Below, piece after piece: positions 57,695 through 64,000 of a stretch of 64,000 nucleotides of DNA. Each line of letters opens with the position of its first letter. Position 1 is the first letter of the stretch. Made by a program: the position numbers and the translations under genes. Origin of the DNA: a virus. Its lineage: Duplodnaviria > Caudoviricetes. The DNA is taken from positions 2,062 through 66,061 of the IMG/VR virus record IMGVR_UViG_3300035157_001069; one strand, 5' to 3'. Below the pieces are notes generated by a model that saw only the letters and a list, made by a program, of their open reading frames with translations, had not been told where the DNA came from and ran no database searches.

Positions 57695-58302
57695 AAGAGT
57701 TAACCTACGACAATCTCAAGGATAACGACGACCCTGATATTACTCCTGGTTTGCATGAACCATTAGTGATTGATGATGCTATTGACCAAATGGCATTCGT
57801 AGAGATTAAACGATGGATTATAGAAGGTGACTTCCCATGGTTCTTACAGAAAGGTGTTGTCGGTGAGACGGAGTATGCCGATGAAGGGCAACCGACAGAG
57901 GAGGTACTTTGCGATCAATACGACAACCTCCAATTTCAACATTCGTTCTATTCAGATAAGAGCTTTCATACAGAAGCCTGCAACCCTATGTGGGTTCCAA
58001 TCTTAGCTCGTCTGCGATCTAAAGCTTTAGTTAGAATTAAAGCCAACTTAACGTTGAGAACCGAGTCAGTCGTCAAGCATGGTTGGCATCGAGATGCTTC
58101 ACCTCCTGAACATTACCCAGGGTTGAGGACAGCGGTCTACTATCTCAATACCTGTGATGGCTTTACTGAATTGAAAGAGACTGGTCAGAAAATCTACAGC
58201 AAAGAGAATCGCTTGGCTGTTTTTCCTAACCATATGTTCCATACTGGAACCACCACTACTAATGATTTTGGAAGATATGTCGTCAATTTCAACACCTATT
58301 GA
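57691..58302 (+). CDS. 2OG-Fe(II) oxygenase
   Basis: RIKANL..WHRD..YYLNTCDG.T..HTGT..RYVVNFN. Confidence 0.85.
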   Translation: MKELTYDNLKDNDDPDITPGLHEPLVIDDAIDQMAFVEIKRWIIEGDFPWFLQKGVVGETEYADEGQPTEEVLCDQYDNLQFQHSFYSDKSFHTEACNPMWVPILARLRSKALVRIKANLTLRTESVVKHGWHRDASPPEHYPGLRTAVYYLNTCDGFTELKETGQKIYSKENRLAVFPNHMFHTGTTTTNDFGRYVVNFNTY

Positions 58303-58873
58303 AAACCTGCCACCAGGAGTTGTAGTTAAAGACAACTTATTGCCTCTTCGGTATTACCAAGAACTTGAGTCTTACATGACAGGCGTCAGTATCGACTGGC
58401 ATCAAGGAGCAGTTAATGACACACTAGATCCCGCTATGCCTCCAGAAGATAGGCAGTATTTCACTGAATACTATTCTCAAGATCCGAGGAGGAATTGGCA
58501 GTTTGCTAAATCCATATACAGCACTGCGCCTGTGTATATAGCTGACACTTTTCCTCTCTTCGGTCCCTTACTTGAAGCTCTTGATGTCAAGTCATTGATA
58601 AGAATCAAGCTCAATCTAAAGACTGGATCTGAGAAAGTTTTTGACTACCCTTGGCATAACGATCAAAATCCAATAGAACGTTTCGGAGATCATTGCAAAA
58701 CAACGGTGCTACATATAGGTAGTAACGATGGTTTTACAATCTTCGAGCAAGGTGGGGCTAGAGTTCCCACCGTGGCTAATAGAGCCGTCATCTTCCCTAA
58801 TAAGTTGAAACACGCAGGTACTACCTGTACTGATCAACCTATTAGGGCTGTCGTCAATATTAACTATTACTAA
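58277..58873 (+). CDS. 2OG-Fe(II) oxygenase, paralogue of the preceding gene
   Basis: RIKLNL..WHND..NDGFT..HAGT..RAVVNINY. Confidence 0.85.
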   Translation: MSSISTPIENLPPGVVVKDNLLPLRYYQELESYMTGVSIDWHQGAVNDTLDPAMPPEDRQYFTEYYSQDPRRNWQFAKSIYSTAPVYIADTFPLFGPLLEALDVKSLIRIKLNLKTGSEKVFDYPWHNDQNPIERFGDHCKTTVLHIGSNDGFTIFEQGGARVPTVANRAVIFPNKLKHAGTTCTDQPIRAVVNINYY

Positions 58874-58946
58874 TGACTTCTTTTATCATTCTTGTCTGCG
58901 TAATTATTCTTTTGTATATCCTGCTCAAGAATATACATCAAAACTA

Positions 58947-59177
58947 TTAAGCTCCGTAAGCAGGCTCTGGCTGATAGCTACCATTCAATGCATATTCTGG
59001 CTGGCTATACTCCGGAGCCATCTCATTCTGGAAATCTTTAAGCAAAGAACGGGGGATTAATTTGTCTCTGCGAAAACCTCTTTTTAATGAGCTTAAATCC
59101 CCTATGTTCATCTCATCCTCGAAATCCATTTGATCGTCGAGGTTGAATAAATCTCCTGCAAATCTTAATCCTTCCAT
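58947..59177 (-). CDS. Hypothetical protein
   Basis: Likely start MEGLRFAG. Confidence 0.55.
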   Translation of the reverse strand: MEGLRFAGDLFNLDDQMDFEDEMNIGDLSSLKRGFRRDKLIPRSLLKDFQNEMAPEYSQPEYALNGSYQPEPAYGA

Positions 59178-59316
59178 GAACCTAATTCTCTCTCTTGGCA
59201 AATGCGAACCGTTTCCTCAAATGCAATGTATTTAGAACCGTGAGTTTGACCATGAGCTTCCATGGAGAACAGTACCTTTCTAGCTATGTCACATTCCGTA
59301 GGAGTGGGTTGTTTAA

Positions 59317-59922
59317 TCATGAAGTTAGTTGATTAGCACGTTCGATTACTTGCTCTTCACTAGAAGTCAAGTAAGACATCAGATCCACTAAAGCTGCACC
59401 TGAAGCGGTGATACCACTACCAGCTGCGACAGCACCACCTATCCTTAGACTTCTATTGTTAGCAATAGCTTGGTTCATAGCTCTTAAATTCTCTGGTATA
59501 TTCAACCACTGTGGATTATCTTTCGCTACCGCTTTCAAGATTGAAGCTACTTCCTCTGGTCTAGCTGTACTGATGTACTTGAAAATATCTTCTTGAGCAC
59601 CTTTCAATACTCCCTTCCCTCTACGAATACTTGCACCTTCATAAGCGTCAGACAGAAGGTAATCTCTTACCTGCTGCTCTACCGCTTGGTTAGGAACAAA
59701 TCCTTTGGTGGTGATATTAAAATCACTATCTCTTTCCTTCGCTCCTAAAGCACCTAAAACTGCTTCTAAATTCACTCCTTCAGCTTTTCTACCTTGGCGA
59801 GTAGCCCTAGCTTGATGCTGTCGAGCAATCTCTGTATCAGCATCACTCAAGGCTTTATCTAAAGCTTTAGCTGCGTCTTCAAAACTACGTACGTTCTTAA
59901 CCCTTCCGTAAAGTTGCTCAAA
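59317..59922 (-). CDS. Hypothetical protein
   Basis: About 200-aa helical ORF; likely start MFEQ. Confidence 0.6.
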   Translation of the reverse strand, partial: FEQLYGRVKNVRSFEDAAKALDKALSDADTEIARQHQARATRQGRKAEGVNLEAVLGALGAKERDSDFNITTKGFVPNQAVEQQVRDYLLSDAYEGASIRRGKGVLKGAQEDIFKYISTARPEEVASILKAVAKDNPQWLNIPENLRAMNQAIANNRSLRIGGAVAAGSGITASGAALVDLMSYLTSSEEQVIERANQLTS

Positions 59923-59956
59923 CATCAGAACTTTAATCAATTACTTCTTATAGTTT

Positions 59957-60006
59957 AAGACTTCTTAATTAAGAGGTCTTTTTTAGTGGCCTCATCCAAC
60001 AGTGCA
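59957..60006 (+). promoter_or_regulatory. Hairpin plus motif copy 8
   Basis: AAGACTTCTT/AAGAGGTCTT stem, T-run, then TGGCCT-CATCCAAC-AGTGCA (59987-60006). Confidence 0.8.
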
Positions 60007-60052
60007 ATGTGTGTTGTTGGTGGGGTTGTTGTTTACCTCACAACTTTGACTT

Positions 60053-60436
60053 ATGGTCAATTTTTTCTCAAAAAGCAAGCCTCTGCATCAAGAGTTCTTT
60101 GGTGGCTTCCTCACCTATTCCAGGTGGAGAGAAGATACTGGAACTTGCAACCAATGGAGTAGCAAGCTCTTCGGTGATCTAGATAAAACATTCAGAACCT
60201 ACTGGGCTAACCCAGAAGCAATTCTGAACAATCTAGAACTCACCGAATTGTTAGCTGCTCCAACAGCAGGGGCTGAGTTTACTTATGTAAACAAAGATCA
60301 GGAGAAAGTTTATGGCCGAGTGATCGACGGATGGACTATCCCAGGTGAAGATGTGAATTTCAAGATTGAACAAATCAAGAAACAAGCAGATGCACTCAAG
60401 TCAGCACCAACTGTTGTAGAAGCGTCAGCCGCTTAA
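60053..60436 (+). CDS. Hypothetical protein
   Basis: 127-aa ORF followed by a TTCG hairpin at about 60445-60460. Confidence 0.65.
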   Translation: MVNFFSKSKPLHQEFFGGFLTYSRWREDTGTCNQWSSKLFGDLDKTFRTYWANPEAILNNLELTELLAAPTAGAEFTYVNKDQEKVYGRVIDGWTIPGEDVNFKIEQIKKQADALKSAPTVVEASAA

Positions 60437-60513
60437 CCAAAGTCGGGGGCTTCGGCTCCCGCACTTCACAACTCCTGATTATTCGGCATCATATTCATAC
60501 AATCAGATACACA

Positions 60514-60714
60514 ATGACCCATTATGTTTCTCAACCATCTACGATTACTAGCTCTCGTGATGGGTTGTCTGAACTTCTTGACGCCATCAAGGAAGCGCAG
60601 AATTCCTTCTCGCAAACACCAACAGGAGAACATAGGAAAGTTGAACAGCTTATCCAACTCATCGATAGCCGAATCGAAAGAGGAGCGCTATCAAATCAGC
60701 CCCTTTCGTGGTAA
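60514..60714 (+). CDS. Hypothetical protein
   Basis: 66-aa helical ORF that fits the gene spacing. Confidence 0.5.
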   Translation: MTHYVSQPSTITSSRDGLSELLDAIKEAQNSFSQTPTGEHRKVEQLIQLIDSRIERGALSNQPLSW

Positions 60715-60734
60715 TTTTCGCCACCTTTTAATAC

Positions 60735-61409
60735 ATGACCTCAAAACAAACCTCAGATGGGTCGAAGAATTCGACTCAGAAATTGACGCAGGAAACCACT
60801 GCCTCGCCTTCTACTCGGGAGATCTCTTCGATGGAAGTATTGGCGAACCAGCCCCGCCAAGATGTCTTATCAACGCTAGCTGTTCAGATACGCGGGTCGA
60901 TTCTTGCTATTGAAGAGTCGGTCGATCTGATCAATAGTGAAGATCCACTAGAACGTCAGCATGCAATGGAGGAGATGGAAATGTTCCTCCAAGGAGTTGC
61001 AAGTGATAGAGAAGAACTCTTTAAACGAGCAGACGAATTACTTACTTTCCGAGCAGCCCTTCGTGAGCGTGCTCGCTACAGGAAGAGTGAATCCGACCGT
61101 ATTAGAACCATGGTCAAAAGTGATACCGACAAGGCTGATCGAATAGAAGCCACGGTCATTCGCATGCTTAGGCTTGCTTTAGAAGACCAAGGTGCTACTA
61201 AGTTCGATCTACCTATGCACGAAATCAGATCAAGGATGACCACCCAAGTTGTCATTGATGATTACGAATGTGCAATGGAAACCCTTCCTGAAGACTGCAG
61301 GAAAGTTGAAATCAAACCTGACAAAGCAGGTATCAAGAAAGCTCTGCAAGATGGCAGAGTCATTCCAGGATGTCGGTTACATACCGATAGATCTTGGCGT
61401 TCCAATTAG
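60735..61409 (+). CDS. Siphovirus Gp157-family protein
   Basis: Coiled coil then VVID..LPED..K..KPDKAGIKKALQDG..IPGCRL. Confidence 0.8.
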   Translation: MTSKQTSDGSKNSTQKLTQETTASPSTREISSMEVLANQPRQDVLSTLAVQIRGSILAIEESVDLINSEDPLERQHAMEEMEMFLQGVASDREELFKRADELLTFRAALRERARYRKSESDRIRTMVKSDTDKADRIEATVIRMLRLALEDQGATKFDLPMHEIRSRMTTQVVIDDYECAMETLPEDCRKVEIKPDKAGIKKALQDGRVIPGCRLHTDRSWRSN

Positions 61410-61420
61410 CCCTCAAAACA

Positions 61421-62077
61421 ATGTCTAAGTATCTACCTATTCATCAATTCACCACCAATCCCATGCCTAGTAGGCATAAGGACGAACGGGGTGAGTCTTT
61501 GTACTACGCACGCTTTAACTTCTTGCCACGAGGGAAAGATAGTCAAGCTTGTGTGTCATTTAAGCAAAGTAACGCCGACCTTATTAAGAAGGGAGGCTTA
61601 TTCAGTACAAACAACACACAAATTGCTGGGCAAAGGTATGTCACCAAAATCAAATGGAATGATGAATGGAAAACAGAAGAGCTTGTATTTGAAAACCAGT
61701 CATCCTGCAGCGACAACCAGATGGAAGAAAATTATTCGGAGTCTCCAGAAGATTTCCGTGAACAAGGAGGATACAACGATGATGATGCTATTACTGCCGG
61801 GCCGCCGCCGGTAAAGATCAAGCCTTCGTCCCAGTCAGGCTGGAGAGATCGTACTACCAACATCGCCATGGATGCAGAAAGTCGATTAGCTTCTCAAAGC
61901 CCTGAGTTTAAGTACATCGTCGACCAAGTGATAGATGCAATGATCTATGCTTCCCACCGACTTGGTGTTAAACCTGCCTTTAGCCCTGGCGAAATACAGC
62001 GTGCTGTGGTTTCATGTGCAATAAATGGTAAGCACTCGCTATGGCAGGGTCAAAATGAAATCTCACAGAGTCTTTGA
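61421..62077 (+). CDS. Hypothetical protein
   Basis: Likely start MSKYLP; follows the Gp157 gene. Confidence 0.6.
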   Translation: MSKYLPIHQFTTNPMPSRHKDERGESLYYARFNFLPRGKDSQACVSFKQSNADLIKKGGLFSTNNTQIAGQRYVTKIKWNDEWKTEELVFENQSSCSDNQMEENYSESPEDFREQGGYNDDDAITAGPPPVKIKPSSQSGWRDRTTNIAMDAESRLASQSPEFKYIVDQVIDAMIYASHRLGVKPAFSPGEIQRAVVSCAINGKHSLWQGQNEISQSL

Positions 62078-62215
62078 ACTTTCGTTTCTATTTCGCAAGA
62101 GATGGCCATTCATCAGGATACGTACTAAAACTTTAGTTGAGTATGTTGATACGTGGCCTCCTAAGCCTCCTTACCCAGCTACTCTCGATTCTTATCGAGC
62201 TATGGAGCAAGACTA

Positions 62216-62419
62216 ATGTCCTCTCATCTTCACACCCTCTTGTCGATGGGAGTACAAGTCGGACTCAAGAAAGGAGCAGATCAGTGGGCGTGGCATCCGA
62301 AAGGAGATCATGTCATGTCCTACCGATTCACTAAAGGAGTAGGAGGGGATGGGGTTAAAATCTCCACTCCTGCTGCACATACAGAAATTCATCTTATTAA
62401 TTCTCTTCTTCACCCATGA
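62216..62419 (+). CDS. Hypothetical protein
   Basis: Coupled small ORF. Confidence 0.45.
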   Translation: MSSHLHTLLSMGVQVGLKKGADQWAWHPKGDHVMSYRFTKGVGGDGVKISTPAAHTEIHLINSLLHP

Positions 62420-62649
62420 AAACCAACAGAGCTTTTAAGCACGCTAAAAACACCTTGGTCTACAAGTCACGTTTAGATGACCGAGGTGTATATAAAGTCG
62501 AATATTACGATAAGCAGCTTGATCAATATTGGTTAAGAAAAGTATCTACGGGATGCAAGCATACAGTAACTGTTGCGAAGCATGACGACCTCAGACTATA
62601 TACCAGACGTGACTGTGAGAGAGCCGATCAATTGAAGAAAGCATCATAG
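62416..62649 (+). CDS. Hypothetical protein
   Basis: ATGA-coupled 77-aa ORF. Confidence 0.55.
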   Translation: MKTNRAFKHAKNTLVYKSRLDDRGVYKVEYYDKQLDQYWLRKVSTGCKHTVTVAKHDDLRLYTRRDCERADQLKKAS

Positions 62650-62732
62650 CTCGATTACAGGAAACCGAATTTATTACCATAAGATGCATCTCTTAGACTA
62701 TTGTGGATTCCTATCACTTCTCGTAATTCTTT

Positions 62733-62957
62733 ATGGAGTTGCAAGGAAAAGCAGACACAAGCAAGGAGGAAAGCGTTATGGGTTCTATGCTCACCGGCAG
62801 TCTCATTCCTAGAGATGCTAAGCAGTTAGATCATGTCGATGAATACTTTGATTGCATTACTGCCTGCCCTACCCATGCAGACACTGAATGTGTTACCGAG
62901 TGCGTCGATCAGCTTCGAAATACTAGTGATCCACAACTAGACGTTCCTTCGTTTTAA
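62733..62957 (+). CDS. Small Cys-rich protein of picocyanobacterial type
   Basis: DEYFDCITAC....ECVTECVDQLR. Confidence 0.65.
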   Translation: MELQGKADTSKEESVMGSMLTGSLIPRDAKQLDHVDEYFDCITACPTHADTECVTECVDQLRNTSDPQLDVPSF

Positions 62958-62960
62958 ATA

Positions 62961-63143
62961 ATGACATACAAACAGACATGGGAGGTTCATTTTCAACCTC
63001 CTAATGAAATCTTGCCGTGCATTTTTATAGCACCAAAATGTACCTCTTCAGAGGCTTTAACCCTCTTTCAGCAGAGCATACCTCCTGATCAGAGAGGTCG
63101 ATCCTCCCAATGGAGACTTGAGCCAGAAGATGATTACAGCTAA
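62961..63143 (+). CDS. Hypothetical protein
   Basis: 60-aa ORF. Confidence 0.45.
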   Translation: MTYKQTWEVHFQPPNEILPCIFIAPKCTSSEALTLFQQSIPPDQRGRSSQWRLEPEDDYS

Positions 63144-63166
63144 GCTGGAAAAGCTTTCGTAGGACT

Positions 63167-63436
63167 ATGACTTTAAAAGTTATTTATGGTGTCAAACAAG
63201 GGTATGACTCCGAAGAAATAGATGCATTTGAAAATCCAGATGATCTTCTCAGTTGGTTAAACTCTCAGGTATCGATGGAAGCTAATCCAGCACATATCGA
63301 CAAAGTTCAGTTTCCTATAACTATTGCTAAATGGTTGTATGACGACGAAAACGACGAGCTCAAAGGTAATCCAGTGGATCATCAATTACCTAGTGATCCA
63401 AAAGGATTGGATTTTACTGTCAATGTTGAAGAGTAG
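63167..63436 (+). CDS. Hypothetical acidic protein
   Basis: 89-aa ORF with AGGA ribosome-binding site. Confidence 0.6.
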   Translation: MTLKVIYGVKQGYDSEEIDAFENPDDLLSWLNSQVSMEANPAHIDKVQFPITIAKWLYDDENDELKGNPVDHQLPSDPKGLDFTVNVEE

Positions 63437-63935
63437 CTCTAATCATCCACGCAGCTTTACAAGTCTCTCCTAGTAACTCACCTAAGTAATTAGCAACATC
63501 GTAATGCTCTGCGGCTTGAGCAGCAGGCTCAACCATCTTGATAGTTTTCTCAAAGGTTCCTAAGTTGTCATGATATGTAGTCAGCATTCCTGCTGGCTCA
63601 TAGCAGTCACAATGTTTAAAACAAGGACCTAAAGCATCCTTAAGTCCGACAGAGCACATAGGCATGTAATAGTTCAAAATCCGAACGTATTCACCTAGTT
63701 GATCGAATTGAACAGTATGTGCTTCATACTGAGCCTTAAGAAAATTATGTACAGCTAAAAAATTAGGAGCACAGTAATTGAAATGAATTAAATGAGATTG
63801 AGTCTGCAACTCTTTAGCAAAGGATGCAAGCAATAGCAGCTTTTGACCTACGGCAGCATTACTATCTGTTGGCTTATCTTCAGTAGTTACAACAATCTGT
63901 AAATCAGGATCATGCCCTTGATCTTGTACTTCCAT
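63420..63935 (-). CDS. Dps/ferritin-like protein
   Basis: H..HFN...NF..VH.FL..QYE....D.LGEYVR and K.AWMIRA. Confidence 0.8.
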   Translation of the reverse strand: MEVQDQGHDPDLQIVVTTEDKPTDSNAAVGQKLLLLASFAKELQTQSHLIHFNYCAPNFLAVHNFLKAQYEAHTVQFDQLGEYVRILNYYMPMCSVGLKDALGPCFKHCDCYEPAGMLTTYHDNLGTFEKTIKMVEPAAQAAEHYDVANYLGELLGETCKAAWMIRATLQH

Positions 63936-63937
63936 TT

Positions 63938-63997
63938 AAGAAACCTTGACTGATCTTAGTTTAGGTTTCTTTTTTAATGCGCTCATACAACAGTGCA
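63938..63997 (+). promoter_or_regulatory. Hairpin plus motif copy 9
   Basis: AAGAAACCT/AGGTTTCTT stem, T-run, then TGCGCT-CATACAAC-AGTGCA (63978-63997). Confidence 0.8.
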
Positions 63998-64000
63998 TTG

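Noticed and set aside
60524-60913. 129-aa ORF overlapping the Gp157 gene
   Set aside because: It conflicts with the better-fitting ORFs 60514-60714 and 60735-61409.

Overview
This is 64 kb of a tailed cyanophage genome. The psbA product is a Prochlorococcus-type D1, so the host is probably Prochlorococcus. The major capsid protein (MCP) looks N4-gp56-like rather than T4- or T7-like, and no tail sheath or tape measure is evident. Positions 1-16 kb hold accessory genes: divergent ThyX-, methyltransferase- and M15-like genes, DUF5664, a halogenase, 2OG-Fe(II) oxygenases, NblA-like, HNH, PsbN-like, an outer-membrane protein and an exported-protein cluster. Positions 16-54 kb are a mostly minus-strand virion module (tail fibres, MCP, lysin, psbA, scaffold, portal, TerL, candidate ejection proteins), interrupted by a divergent pair of LAGLIDADG-like genes followed by a structured RNA. 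A non-coding strand-switch region at about 54.06-54.74 kb leads into a plus-strand early region. That early region is divided into units by nine copies of a 20-bp imperfect dyad (TGnnCT-CAnnnAAC-AGTGCA), eight of them directly preceded by a hairpin and T-tract; this is the most striking unexplained structure. A recurrent [RK]-x-A-G peptide motif in many orphan late proteins is also notable. All family assignments come from motif recognition by eye, not from database searches.
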